This document shows, piece after piece, positions 1 through 11,983 of a DNA stretch of 34,016 nt. Numbering within the stretch: position 1 is the stretch's first letter; each line of letters opens with the position of its first letter. The notes under the pieces are model-generated. The model did not search any database. It saw only the letters and a program-made list of their open reading frames with translations, and was not told where the DNA came from. Source of the stretch: Octopus sinensis (lineage: Eukaryota); the NCBI RefSeq assembly GCF_006345805.1, contig NW_021832745.1:1-34016 (forward strand), read 5' to 3'. Made by a program: the position numbers and the translations under genes.

Positions 1-92
1 TTATGATTAAACAATGAGAAATCACAAAGAAAAGAGACCGGATTCTGACGACTAAGATTCCGTAGAATTTGTAATACTACACCTCTGAAAGA

Positions 93-400
93 TTATTATT
101 ATTATTATTATAGAAAAGTCTTCCCGTGCTGTATTAGTCAACAAAGATGTTGTGTTTGTGGCTTGGTGATAACAAGTCAGCACAAGTCTCAAGAATCTTT
201 CTTCAGATTCCTGCAGAATACAGTTCATTCTTTCTCTTGCAGCTTCACAATGCGACTCTCGGTTGCAAATTCTTTCGGTCCTTTCAAGTAACAATCTGGA
301 CGTGGCGCCAACTGCACCAATTATATCGCATCATTAATTATCAACCTATCTCGACCCCGATTTCTTCGTCTCTCAGGCTAGGTCCGGATATTTCTCAACT
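93..400 (-). mobile_element. Degenerate 3' end of an RLE-type non-LTR retrotransposon (R4/Dong-like)
   Basis: Minus-strand translation across stops/frameshifts gives EKYPDLA*ETKK...IIGAVGA...RIVKLQ...SAGI*RKILET. This matches the R4/Dong-type C-terminus (KYxDLAxEI...VIGALG...LQK...TARILRKVLE, recalled consensus). It is followed by a short UTR and a (TAA)n tail (93-110); another TAA run flanks the 5' side (401-410). Confidence 0.62.
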
Positions 401-1670
401 TATTATTATTGCTGTTAATATATTTTGTTTTTGGATTTGGTTTGCAAGATTCTTTATGTGAGTTCGTGTGTTGAAGCATATTCTGTTGTGTCTGGGGAGA
501 GTAATTTTCTTTGTGTGCCTCATAATTTAACACAATCACCGGTAAAATTTCCACTTATTTCTTATTTTTATTTTCCTAAAATTTCCGTTATTATAGTTGT
601 TGTTGTTGTTATTCCTCAGATTTTCTTTCGCCGTTTGACAGAATGGTAGAATATTGTGGTTCCATGGAAATCCTCAGAGACAGGGCGAATATATTTCTAT
701 CTACGCGAATATATTTCTATCTACGCACGCACCTATGTAAATCCAGATGTGTACAATAACATAGGTATTGTTGCAAACATTTACACGCTACATTTCAATG
801 CGTGTGTGTGTGTGTGTGTGTTCACACGTATATGAAGTTTGATTCTGTCAAACTATCTCTACCCGATAGTATCGAGTTTTCTGTTTATATTACTAAAGAT
901 AGACACAAAAGTGTATTGCGAATGATGTATTATACACCCACACAAACACTCAACTATACACACACACACACAGAAAGAGAGATGGAGAGAAACAGGCTTT
1001 TCTATGTTAATATTATATATACATAATATATATATATATATATACATACACACAATCACACAACCGTACAGGTGCACTGCTTATATTCAACGTAAAAATA
1101 TACAAATATATGCGTGTGTATATCTTTTTTGAAACAGTGGATCTCGAAGTGTATAATGCTATAAAGAATAACGTTCAAATATCGTGTCAAAACCCATACT
1201 ATTTCACTGAGTGTCAATCGAATACATTTTGCTTGTTCTTCTCTCACTTGGCCCAGTGTTTTGTTTTGCTTTTTCTTTTGTATAATTTCGACCCATCTAA
1301 TCTTACAAGTAAACAGTTTATTATTGTTCCATGTGTGTGTGTGTGTGTGCAATAAATACGAAACGAAACCAAGAAACGTGGCGTATTCCTTACCTTCGTG
1401 TGGCAACCCAGGGAAAAGTCCTGCCAGATGGTATGGCAACAAAGTGTTCAGCATCCAGGAGGCTATATATACCAATGACTATTATATATAAATATATATA
1501 TGGGTGTATATATATTTGTGTTTGTATGGCGGGAGTAATATTTTAGCAGTGAAGAATCTCTTAAGCTTGTACGTCCCAGGACAGGTGAATCGCAACAAAC
1601 TGTTGTCTTATAAACAGGCGTTATAAGTCACAGGTGTTTCTCGGACTCTGAGTGAAATAACATATATATA

Positions 1671-1734
<64 letters not shown>

Positions 1735-2900
1735 CACTTACGCATGCATATATGAATATAGATATATATACATTATAAATATACATATGTTTTAGTTCAT
1801 ACTGTGGATTTTGCAAGTATATTATATATATATATATATATACACACACACAATATGATATTGATCTTGGCCTGTTAGGCCGATATAGATAGATAGATAG
1901 ATAGAATTTTAGGTGTCTTTAGGCAGAACCTATGTATGCTTGTCTATGTGTGTGTGTTTGTGCAAGAGTGTATGTATGTGTGAATGTCCAGGCCTGTCTA
2001 TGTTCACCTGAATGTCTTGTTCAAAGACCTGTGCCTCTCACTTCCTCTCCGTTTTCTGTTCCTAAAAGCCAAACAGCAGCCAAGTATCCCTCGAAACGGC
2101 ACCACACACACACACACACCAACTCCACTGCTACTCAACACTACACAACACAACACTATAACTGAAGCGATACAATTAAAATGTCTAACACAATTCACTC
2201 ACTACAACACTCACCAAAGCCTCCTCCCCCTCCTCCTCCGCCTTCTCCCACTCCTACTATAACTACTACTGCCACTGCTACTCCCCCACCGCCACCGCCG
2301 CGACATTTTATTTTTTTCTCTACAGACGACACAACGACGGCCTCCACCACCACCGCCATTACAACCGCTACTCTCTACATCTCTTCATTATACATGTACA
2401 TATATTACGTGTGTGTGTGTATATATTATATATATATATATGTATATGTGTGTGTATATACAGGATTACTCAATAGGAAACCAAAACTCCGATGTCACTT
2501 TTTCGTTACAAAAATGATTACATTGATAAATATACATGCGTGTGTGTGTGTGTATATATAATGTATGTATATGTGTGTGTACAAATATAGATCATGTAGA
2601 TTTATTCGTATGCACACATACATACATACACACATTATTTTTCATGGAGATGCGTGTGTGTGTCTATGTGTATGTCTATACATACATACACACACATGTA
2701 AATATATATATATATATATATATAAAATTATCAAATAGCTTAATGCAGAGACCCAGTCATAAATATTTATCACATCGTCCTATATAGTTTTAACCAAATG
2801 ACTAATGGACCGTTTTGTCACAACACCGGTCATGTTTTATAACTCGTGGGGCTCTGCTAAACGCTTAAATATATAAACTTATATATAAAAATATATATAT

Positions 2901-2944
<44 letters not shown>

Positions 2945-2950
2945 GATATA

Positions 2951-2982
<32 letters not shown>

Positions 2983-3193
2983 CATACATACATGCAAATT
3001 TATATGCGTCAAGATTCAGAACATTTTCCGTCCACCACATTCCATTTATAAGTTATTGATGAAGCGGGGTCTGGTTGTGGAAGATATCGGATTGAGAAGA
3101 CAACTTGTAGGATTCGGTGCGATCGCGTCGACACGCTGAATTTAACTTTTAGCCAAGCCGCAGTCAACATACATACCTACCTACATACATACA

Positions 3194-3270
<77 letters not shown>

Positions 3271-3384
3271 GATACATATCCAATATATATACATACATAA
3301 TATATATATAATATATTACATACCATACATACCTATATATAGCTATAGTATATATATATCTATATAATATATATTAATATAATA

Positions 3385-3490
3385 AACGTAAAAGACTTTT
3401 TCTATTCCTGAGCGTTATACTATAATACACTGAGTTTGTTTTGTACAGCACCTGTCTTCGTCTCTGTTTTTTTCATAAACTCTCCCATAT
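3385..3490 (+). mobile_element. Penelope-like pseudo-LTR tail fragment, family P1, copy 1
   Basis: aaacgtaaaagactttttctattcctgagcgttatact...gtacagcacctgtcttcgtc is near-identical to 4121-4220 and to the sequence downstream of the hammerhead folds at 11539 and 11984. It ends in (TA)n. The Penelope assignment is inferred from the hammerhead association. Confidence 0.5.
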
Positions 3491-3502
3491 AATATATATA
3501 GA

Positions 3503-3540
<38 letters not shown>

Positions 3541-3975
3541 TACATCATGATATATACATAAATACATATATATATCTATACTACATACATATATCCGATA
3601 TATATCTACATACATATATATATATATACATACATACAGATATAATATACATACATACATATATTTATACAATACATACATAATATATATATACATACAT
3701 ACATAATATATATACATAGCATAATATATATACATACATACTATATATACATACATACATATATATACATACATACATACATATATACATACATATATAT
3801 ATATATATAACATACATACATATATATATATACATACATACATATATGATATATATATACATACATACTATAATATATACATACATACATATATATACAT
3901 ATACATCATATATATATACATACATACATACCTACCTACATACATACACTATATATATATATATACATCTATATA

Positions 3976-4020
<45 letters not shown>

Positions 4021-4120
4021 ATATTATACATATATTATACATACATACACATATATATATATTATATATACATACCTACAATATATATATATATAATATA
4101 TATATATATATTATAACTAA

Positions 4121-4215
4121 AGAAAAGAACTTTTCTATTCCTGAGCGTTATACTATAAACATCTGTTTGTTTTGTACAGCACCTGTCTTCGTCTTCTGTT
4201 TTTTTCATAAACTCT

Positions 4216-4220
<5 letters not shown>
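4121..4220 (+). mobile_element. Penelope-like pseudo-LTR tail fragment, family P1, copy 2
   Basis: cttttctattcctgagcgttatactataaacatctgtttgttttgtacagcacctgtcttcgtc is a direct repeat of 3385-3490 about 735 bp downstream. It ends in (TA)n. Confidence 0.5.
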
Positions 4221-4269
<49 letters not shown>

Positions 4270-4309
4270 GATACTACTCTATATAAGAATGAATGTTGTT
4301 ATATATATG

Positions 4310-4560
4310 AACGTGAAATACAGGAAGGGAACGAACACGAACCACAGACAAATCATCGAAGCTTCACTTCATTCAGACACCGAATATCATATAGCAAATT
4401 TCGGCTGTTCATCTATATTTGCTCCAACTCGGCCAGCCCCATAAAAAACTATAAGCATTAGATTTCTTGGTAGAAGACAGGAATGTTGACGCACAAGACG
4501 GATGTGAATACAAGAGACGAAAAACGAAATTGAAAACAGTAATGAATAAACAAATATATA
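4310..4560 (-). repeat. Interspersed repeat (family P2, probable Penelope-like 3' region), homologous to 26930-27235
   Basis: Reverse complement ctaatgcttatagttttttatggggctggccgag...aacagccgaaatttgctatatga aligns with ctaatgctcgttgcttagtttttcttggagggctggccgtg...aatcagccgaaattactacgatga at about 27035-27118. Confidence 0.5.
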
Positions 4561-4770
4561 TAACAGTGTTATATATATATATATACATACATACATATAT
4601 ATATATATACATACATACTACATATATATATACATACTACATATATATATATACATACATACATATATATATATACATACATACATATATATATACTACA
4701 TACATATATTATATACTACATATATAATATACATACATACATATATATACATACTACATATATATATACA

Positions 4771-4806
<36 letters not shown>

Positions 4807-4909
4807 TATATATACATACATACAATATATATATACATACATACATATATATTATATATATACATACATACATATATATATACATACATACATAATACAT
4901 ACATACATC

Positions 4910-4946
<37 letters not shown>

Positions 4947-5488
4947 CTATATTATATACATACATATGTATATATACACATATATACGTACACATACATA
5001 CACATATATATTATAAACGAAACTGCATATATATATATATACACACACATTTACATATATATACATTTACATATATATATGAACATTTATAAGCATCTTT
5101 ATACAGCCATATTCACACACACACACACACACATATACAGGCGCGTGCGGGCATGCTCCCTTGTTTTACAGCGAAGCAGTCCTGTCTGTAGGTGAGGACA
5201 TTAAACGTGGAGTGACTAAAAGGCTGGATATTGATTAGGGAATAAAATATAACATTTGTTGAGGAAGTGTTCAGCCCTGATCCTGGCTTCTGAACGGAGT
5301 TTACGGAGGAGAAGCCCTGGCAGAGAAATAGGTTGCTAGGACGAACAGTGAATCTATTCTTACACATCTACATTACATATATAAATATATATATATGTAT
5401 ATGTATGTGTATGTATATATGTATGTACATATATAGTGTGTGTGTGTATGTGTGTGTAATATATATGTGTGTGTGGTATATATATATA

Positions 5489-5536
<48 letters not shown>

Positions 5537-5537
<1 letters not shown>

Positions 5538-5728
5538 TTCTGTGTCTGTCCTCCACCATCGCTCGACAACCGATGTTGGTGTGTTTACGTCCTCGTAACT
5601 TAGCGGTTAGGCATAATGAGTACTAAGCTTACAAAGAATAAATCCTGGGGTGGATTTGTTCGAATAAAGGCGTTGCTGCAGCATGGCCGCAGTCAAATAA
5701 CTGAAACAAATAAAAGAATAAAAGAATA
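5537..5728 (+). mobile_element. SINE family A, 3' half
   Basis: ccaccatcgctcgacaaccgatgttggtgtgtttacgtcc...cagcatggccgcagtcaaataactgaaacaaataaaagaata matches the 3' half of the full copy at 23696-24104. Confidence 0.85.
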
Positions 5729-5759
5729 TATATACATATATATTAAAGTTTGATTCAGT

Positions 5760-5817
5760 CTCACATAAGTTCAAGTTTCGTGGACGCGCAGGGACCGTCC
5801 ATCTCATCAGATGCTAG
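5760..5817 (-). ncRNA. Type I hammerhead ribozyme-like motif with canonical core
   Basis: Minus strand reads CUAGCAU-CUGAUGA-GAUGGACG(GUCCCUGCG)CGUCCAC-GAAA-CUUGAAC-UU-AUGUGAG. Stem I has 6/7 pairs and stem II has 7 bp with one bulged A. Stem III is near-palindromic (ACUU-G-AACU) with one C:C mismatch, and the triplet is CUU. Confidence 0.62.
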
Positions 5818-6629
5818 GGGGGGGGGTGTAGGTCTGGCTGTTTGTCTCCCTGTCTCTCTTCCTCTCTCCATTTTTCTTTCCTCTTCCTTTTGCCTTTCCT
5901 CCAACAAGAACGGTTTTATTCCGTACACATACACATTCTTAGACACATTCATACAACCACAGTTTTGCACACATTCATACTTAAATACACACACATATTA
6001 ACAATATAACATACATACACACACCCACACAAATACATACTCTCCATTCTTTTCACTCTCTCTCTCTCTTCCTTTCAAACACTCCCTCTTTCGCTTGCTC
6101 TTTCTTCCACTCCCTTTTCCTTCTCTCCCTCACACATCACACCCTTTCTTTCTCTTCATCTTTTTTTCCATGTTTGTCACCACCACCTCTCTCACTCACT
6201 CTATCCCCTGCTATCTCTCCTTCTCTCTCTCTCTCTCATTTACTCTCACTATTTCTATCTAATTCTCCCTCCAAACATCTATTACCATTTCTCCATCTGC
6301 CAATCCATCCCTCTATCGATCCTTTAATCTACTTCTTCACCAATCTCTCACACTTCCAGGGCCCACTTCTAAAACCCATTCATCCAACTTCTTTCCATTG
6401 TTGTTGCTGTTGCTGTTGTTGGTCTTTAGCCCCAATCAATTTCGCTCAAGCAGACGCCTGATCAAAGGCTCTCCAACTAAGACCTCTTCGTTTTTTGTCT
6501 GTCCAGGCTTACAGAGATCCACGTGTTCTTCATCATTATGTAAGACGGTATGACATGAATTGAATGCTAGCAGTTGTTTCTAACAGGTCAGGCGGGGTCA
6601 AAAAGGGGTTTTCTCGTGCTTTAGAGGGG

Positions 6630-6953
6630 ATGGGCTTATGGCATAGTGGCTAGGGCATTCGGCTCACAATCGTAGGGTCGTGAGTTCAATTTCTGACGAT
6701 GGGTTGTGGCCTTGAGCAAGACACTTTATTTCACGTTGCCCCAGTCCACTCAGCTGGCAAAAATGAATAGTACCAGTAATTCAAAGGGACCAGCCTTGTC
6801 ACATTCTATGTCACGCTGAATCTCCCTGAGAACTACATTAAGGGTACGCTTGTGTTTATGGAGTGCTCAGCCATTTGCACGTTAATTTCACGAGCAGGCT
6901 GTTCTGTTGATCGGATCAGCTGGAACCCTCATCGTCGTAACCGACGGAGTTCC
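6630..6953 (+). mobile_element. SINE family C, apparently full length (tRNA-derived head)
   Basis: A-box-like tggcatagtgg (about 6639) and B-box-like gagttcaattt (about 6682), then ccttgagcaagacactttatttcacgttgccccagtccactcagctggcaaaaatg and a 3' tail ending gtcgtaaccgacggagttcc. This is typical SINE architecture. Confidence 0.75.
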
Positions 6954-7296
6954 ATTTCTAGAGGAGTAGGACAGACACATAAATCTTGGGAACCGTAGTG
7001 AGTCAGACTGCTAGAAATAGCAGCCTCACAGTCATAAGGCAGTACAGTCTACGACAATATTATACAAGGTACTCTTAAATAGTTGAGGCTTGTGAAAACA
7101 AGACGGAGTGGTCATGGATAGAGTGCGCTTCATCATAGGTTTGTTCTACAAGAAGTGGCCTAAGGTTAAACAACTTTCCAGTTTTCGGTTTCGTCTCCTC
7201 CATTCCAGAAAGGAGGAGGTCGAAGGTGAAAGGTCACACACTTTCACCATATCCTGGGGAGGATATGGGCCTGAGTCAATCAAATCAACCCAACAT

Positions 7297-7390
7297 GGCG
7301 AACTAGCAGAGTCGGTAGAGCATCGGACAGAATACCTAGCAGTGTTTGTTCTCTCTGCTTCCTAAGTTCAAATTCCATTGAGATCAATTA
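7297..7390 (+). mobile_element. SINE family B, degenerate head
   Basis: ggcgaactagcagagtcggtagagcatcggac...aagttcaaattcc is the sense version of the family B heads seen reversed at about 14960-15220 and 32680-32975. Confidence 0.6.
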
Positions 7391-7885
7391 AAAAGTGGGT
7401 CAACCTTTCTGTAATAATATGAGAGCAGATAGCTCTCGGAGTTTTGAGTCAAATTCTCTCACGATCCCTAAAATGCACCCTCACCACTCCCGCAGGACCA
7501 GGGGAGTGAGTAAAGCAAATCCTAGAGTCAAGGGACAAAACAGATGGTGCTGGGTGGGGGAGTCGAGAGACAGGAAGGGATTCCTTCAGCTGGGAAAGGA
7601 CCAGTACTCTGGGAATGACTGGTATTTTATTTTATTGACATTGGATCGATAGCAGGCCCAAGCTGGCCAGGGACGTAATTTGAACTCGAAATGTAAATTA
7701 ACGTGACGAGTTCCGGTGCTCTACCGGTTCTGTTTTGTCAAATTGCACTCTTTAGACCTGACTTCAGGTGGATGTACTGTTAGAACGCCGAATACTGCAG
7801 TATTCGCATTGAGACGACCTCTCATATAGGCACATGGTGCATAAATGCATCTGAAATAGGCGCCGGAAATGCCAGATTACAAGAT

Positions 7886-8156
7886 TTCAGCGTACTGCGC
7901 TTCTTCAGTGGTAGGCCTCCGGCCACCGCTGCCAACGATATGTAGAATAACGGTGTCTCTTCAGTCACTGATATCATAATGCTTTTTGTTGTTAATACAG
8001 CTTCCGGTACTAATATTTATTTTTTAATAAGCCAGTTGGTTATTTGCGCCATCTATGACTAAAAAGACCCCGTTATTCCATATAATGTTGGCAGCGGGAT
8101 TTGGTTGGTGTTCGCTGCCCGGACGCCTTTAACTGAACAAACGCAATACGCTGACA
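7886..8156. repeat. Diverged inverted repeat (arms 7886-7967 and 8056-8156, 88-bp spacer)
   Basis: Reverse complement of the left arm (tgactgaagagacaccgttattctacatatcgttggcagcggtggccggaggcctaccactgaagaagcgcagtacgctgaa) aligns with the right arm (tgactaaaaagaccccgttattccatataatgttggcagcgg[~20-nt insert]tgcccggacgcctttaactgaacaaacgcaatacgctgac). Confidence 0.8.
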
Positions 8157-8419
8157 GTTCCAGTGTCCGTGCCAGACGATTCTTGTCTGCTATGACGGAA
8201 GTCGGTGAGATTGTGTCACCGCATGACAACAAGTGTTCGTTTGTTTCCGTCCTCGTAATTTAGCAAAATAAAATAAAACGGGACCGACGGAAGAAGTAAC
8301 AGACTTAAAACAGAAAAATAAGTACTGGGGATCGATTTGACTGGCGGCAGGACCCCAGAATGGCCACATTCCAATAACGAAGACAAGTAAGAGAGAGAGA
8401 GTGTGTGTGTGTGTGTGGT

Positions 8420-8626
8420 GTGTGTGTTTGTCCCCCCCCCCCCCCCATCGCTTGACAACCGATGTGGTGTGTTTACGTCACCGTAAGCTAGCGGTTCAGC
8501 AAAAGAGATCGATAGAATAAGTAGTAGGCTTACAAAGAATAAGTCCTGGGGTCGATTCGTTCGACTAAAAGCGGTGCTCCAGCCTGGCCAGTCAAATGAC
8601 TGAATCAAATAAAAGAATAAAAGAAT
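8420..8626 (+). mobile_element. SINE family A, 3' half
   Basis: catcgcttgacaaccgatgtggtgtgtttacgtcaccgtaagctagcggttcagcaaaagagatcgatagaataagtag...gcggtgctccagcctggccagtcaaatgactgaatcaaataaaagaata. Confidence 0.85.
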
Positions 8627-10060
8627 ATGTTTCCACGTATGTCTGCCCCTCCATCCATGTCAGTCTATTATAGACTTACAGTCTTATACACTCGTTCTAT
8701 TTCTACTTTCATCTTCTCTTCTTCCCCCAATATTATTTCCTGCATGCACACCACATTATCTATCAAATACAGACCCCCAACGTGTAACTGGTACCAACTC
8801 GAGCAAACGAGTAACTTTCTACTTTCGGAAAAAAAAAAGAAAAGAAATTCATTGAACAATGTAGTCCTAGATACACTATCCCTGGAATAGATTAGATGGT
8901 CACGGTTGGAATGTTTTAAGCATAAATCTGCGAATATACCGCTGACATGGAACTATGTAACAACAATTTGATGTAGTGATATTCATGCATTTCCCACAGA
9001 AGTTTCAAGTCTGAAATGAAGGGAAATGGATTAACGGTTGATGCCCAGGAATCGAACCGCTGACCTCTTGTTCCATCACCGACTCAACCACGACCAACAC
9101 AGTCACCTCCTCCTCCTCCTCCTCTCACCAAATTCTCTATAGTCTCACTACTCTTCCTTTCACCTTCTCTTTTTCTTCTCGCACTTCCTTTATCACATAT
9201 CACCTTCTTCTCCCATCTAACTTCTAATCGTTACTTGCCCCGCCTACTTCTCTCTCTCTCTCTCTCTCCTCTTATCCTTCCTCCTCCTCTTTTTTCTTTT
9301 CTCCTATCCTCCTCCTCCTACTACTGCCTCCCCATTCCTTTTTTCTCTCTCTTTCCCCTCTTCCTTCTCTCTCCCTCCCTCTCTCTTATCGTTCTTTCCT
9401 CCTCTTCTATATCTATTTTCTTCCACCAGGAAACCTCTACGATGTCCCTTGACCTGTTAGAAATAGTAACAACATCTCCCCTCAAACTACACATTGGACC
9501 CTTAAATAAAAGTATAGTCCCCTTACACAAGGATAGGCTATTAAATAATGGAATGATGCACACCCCTAAAAAGACAGCCGGAAGGATCAGCGTTGGTCTG
9601 AAGCCTAACATCGTCCCTGCCTTTTCTCCAGTGTGTCTGTTTGTCTGTTTGTCTGTATTTATGTCTGTGTATGTATGTTATGCATACCCCCCCCCACCAC
9701 ACACACACACACACACATATATTGCTACCCTTAATCTATCTTTCTCTCCTCTGCCCGCTCCTCTTTATTCCCTTTTTTCCCCTCTCCCCTTCCAACTCTT
9801 TCCCGCTATTATTTCCATAAATAAACATGGCCGTGCAGTCGAAACGTTCTCTTCGTAACCATGTAGTTCGTGGTTCGATTCCACTGCGGAACACTGCACA
9901 AGTCTTTCCTCAACGTAACAAATACATTGTCAGCGGAATTTGATATCCGGAAACCAACCAGGGACCGTAAAGAAAAGGTTGATAGTGACTTCGAAGTCTC
10001 CTAGTTTCCCTCCGCAAGAAACAATTCTGAGTCGAGTTTAATTAACGTGTTTTGAAGTTT

Positions 10061-10457
10061 ATTCTTTTTATTCTTTTACTTGTTTCAGTCATTTGACTGC
10101 GGTCATGCTGGAGCACCGCCTTTAGTCGAACAAATCCGACACCAGGACTTATTCTTTGTAAGCCTAGTACTTTATTCTATTGGACTCTTTTGCCGAACCA
10201 CTAGGTTACGGGGACGTAAACTCACCAACATCGGTTGTCAAGCGATAGTGGGGTGGACAAACACAGACACACAAACATACATATATATATATATATATAC
10301 GACATGCTTCTTTCGGTTTCCGTCTACCGAATCCACTCACAAGACTTTAGTCGGCCCGAAGCTATAGTACAAGACACTTGCTCGAGGTGTCACGCAGTGG
10401 AACTGAACCCGGAACCATGAGGTTGGGAAGCGAGCTTCTTACCACACAGCCTTGCCC
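10061..10457 (-). mobile_element. SINE family A, full-length copy
   Basis: Reverse complement of the 23696-24104 copy from the tail (tattcttttacttgtttcagtcatttgactgcgg) through the central microsatellite to the tRNA head (gaacccggaaccatg...cttaccacacagcc). Confidence 0.88.
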
Positions 10458-10520
10458 GTGTGTCTTTTTTTATGTATGATGACACATAATCCACATGCAT
10501 TGATACGTTTCTATCCTTTA

Positions 10521-10878
10521 CCTTTTACTTGTTATAGTATTCAGACTGCGACCATGCTGGGGCACCATCTTGAAGAATTTTGAAGACAAATGAACCGAAC
10601 CCAGGACATGCTGTTGTTTTTTTTTATGCCCAGTACTTATTCAGTCTCTTTTGCCGAACGGCTAAGTCACAAGAACGTAAACACACCAGCTCCGGTTGCC
10701 AAGCGGTGGTGGGAAACAAACACAGACACAAAGACACACACATACGACCTCTTCGCGTGCGTTGGGTTTCCTTCTGTTTCCGTCGACCAGAAGCTGTAGA
10801 GAAGACATTTGCCCAAGGTGAACCCGGAACCATCTGGTTGGGAAGCAAGCTTTTCACTACACAGCCACATCTGCGCCT
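10521..10878 (-). mobile_element. SINE family A, second and more diverged copy, tandem with the previous one
   Basis: ttttacttgttatagtattcagactgcgaccatgctggggcacc ... gaacccggaaccatctggttgggaagcaagcttttcactacacagccacatctgcgcc. Confidence 0.8.
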
Positions 10879-11538
10879 CTCCATCCATCCATCCATCCAT
10901 CCATCCATCCATGCATTTGTATATATTAAGAGAAAAGCACGTGCGTTTGTAATTGGTGCTTCTCTCTAGTATCTGTTACATATGTTTCAGTGTTCGGCAA
11001 CACGTGATATTACGCTATGGATGCATCTATGGTGTCACGCGTTGGCAAATATTGAAACGTATGTCATAGATGTAGTAAAAGAGTACCAAGACCAAGGCCC
11101 TGTTCTTTTACTGTCATTATTGATGAGCCCTTTGTTTTACGTTACAGCCCTTCTCACACTGCATAGGTTCACGCAGCGTTGGGAGTTTAATGTGAGTAAC
11201 AATAAGATCCGAAACCTGATCGGTAACATTGCCGCGCACTAAGTGCATTTATTCCTTAGCGCCTGTTCTGGCACTGTTATTCTGTATATAGCTGGTGGGC
11301 AGATGAGGCCATCCAGCGTCCATCACTGACAAAACCAAGGAAGGTCGATATTACGTAATCTAGTGGTCTTGGTGCTAAAGGTGGCGGGAGATTTATCTCC
11401 CCGCTTGCGATATAAACAAGAGTGCATTTTGCACGAAAAGCCAATCCGAGAGCTTCTCTCATGCTATCTACTACAGTGTAGTTTGTTCCAACAGAACATT
11501 CATGTTCAAATGGGGATGACTATTGTATTATATGTGTA

Positions 11539-11672
11539 TCTTTCTGTTGAAGAGCGTAGGCTCGAAATGTAAAAGACTTGTTTTATTTCTATTCCTGAGC
11601 GCCATACTAATACAATTGTTTGTTTGTACTCCACCTGCCTTCGTCTTTTGTTTATTTTCGCAAACCTTCCGG
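11539..11672 (+). mobile_element. Family P1 tail with hammerhead-like fold at 11539-11576 (variant core CUGUUGAA)
   Basis: UCUUU-CUGUUGAA-GAGC(GUAG)GCUC-GAAA-UGUA-AAAGA, followed by the P1 tail (ttcctgagcgccatactaatac...) and (TA)n. Confidence 0.6.
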
Positions 11673-11720
<48 letters not shown>

Positions 11721-11723
<3 letters not shown>

Positions 11724-11795
11724 TAAATAAATGGAGTTAAACGCAGATGTTATTCAATTTGAATAACGTCTGCGTTTAACCCCATTTATTTACTT
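11721..11795. repeat. Near-perfect palindrome (37-bp arms, 1-nt centre, 2 mismatches)
   Basis: aagtaaataaatggagttaaacgcagatgttattcaa-t-ttgaataacgtctgcgtttaaccccatttatttactt. Confidence 0.95.
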
Positions 11796-11983
11796 ATACT
11801 ATACAAATTGCTGCACATTAACCCGAAGTTTCTACCTTTGAATAGGTCGCTACATCCTTGTTACTTGCGTGAATTTTACTACCCTGGTAACTGTTTATTG
11901 AATTTTCTGTATTAACTGTAAACAAAGGGTAATTCATTCTTCCATTTATATATATTTTTTCTCTCCTTGTTTTTTCTGTGTCC

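Noticed and set aside
7926-8100. TGGCAGCGG(TG/GAT) as a tRNA-Leu primer-binding site of an LTR retrotransposon
   Set aside because: No TG...CA LTR or gag/pol is nearby, and the motif lies inside the inverted repeat. It remains an alternative only.
7860-8210. ETS/YY1-like motifs and ATG ACG GAA GTC G/GTGAGA as a promoter and first exon
   Set aside because: These are short motifs overlapping a repeat-derived foldback, with no independent support.
9040-9102. tRNA-like A/B boxes (also 31196-31240 and the SINE heads)
   Set aside because: No complete cloverleaf or anticodon arm can be drawn; they are best explained as decayed SINE heads.
9235-9858. 207-aa ORF
   Set aside because: Mostly a CT-rich low-complexity tract plus microsatellite, with no recognisable domain.
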